From the NCBI RefSeq assembly GCF_036279715.1, contig NZ_DASUIR010000029.1:6781-70780 (forward strand): 64,000 nucleotides of DNA, in the 5' to 3' direction. Shown here in pieces: positions 63,927-64,000 of the stretch (position 1 is its first letter; every line of letters starts with the position of its first letter). This DNA comes from Cellulomonas sp. GTDB lineage: Bacteria > Actinomycetota > Actinomycetes > Actinomycetales > Cellulomonadaceae. The notes beneath the pieces were generated by a model. That model worked only from the letters and a program-made list of their open reading frames with translations. It searched no databases and was not told the DNA's origin. Made by a program: the position numbers and the translations under genes.

Positions 63927-64000
63927 TCAGCCGAGCCCGGGACGGGCGCCCGCGGCGAACCCGTCGAGGATGGCCGCCGTTCCCGACAGACCCAGCCGGG
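63927..64000 (-). CDS. deoC: 3' end of probable deoxyribose-phosphate aldolase (truncated by window edge)
   Basis: RLGLSGTAAILDG matches the DeoC C-terminal (ATR)LGLSG motif; context with punA and the mutase fits. Confidence 0.7.
   Translation of the reverse strand, partial: RLGLSGTAAILDGFAAGARPGLG

Overview
Very GC-rich actinobacterial chromosome segment. Gene content and order suggest Cellulomonas/Micrococcales, but that is inference. It is mostly conserved core genome: a sugar-utilisation locus (GH1, GH31 YicI, LacI regulator, ABC transporter; 2.2-10.9 kb), nucS, the complete F1Fo ATP synthase operon with wecA-tsaC-prmC-prfA-rpmE-rho, argS-lysA-hom-thrC-thrB, tRNA-Arg(CCG), a Na+/H+ antiporter with adhE, a birA/adenylate cyclase/acyl-CoA carboxylase cluster, efeUOB, lpdA, punA, a phosphohexomutase and the 3' end of deoC. 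I saw no integrase, transposase, prophage, CRISPR array or defence system, and no clearly new multi-gene system. Best second-look items: (1) a probable GH42 beta-galactosidase relic directly behind an intact LacI-controlled promoter; (2) an acidic His-rich ORF inserted between accD and accE; (3) a 12-unit ERxxx pentapeptide array in Rho; (4) an 84-bp AT3-rich codon patch over the catalytic Cys of adhE; (5) an unannotated, probably leaderless 42-aa membrane peptide; (6) a PARP-like zinc-finger ORF; (7) combined CRP/GlxR-like and DtxR-like sites upstream of efeUOB. All family assignments come from motif recognition by eye; no database searches were run.
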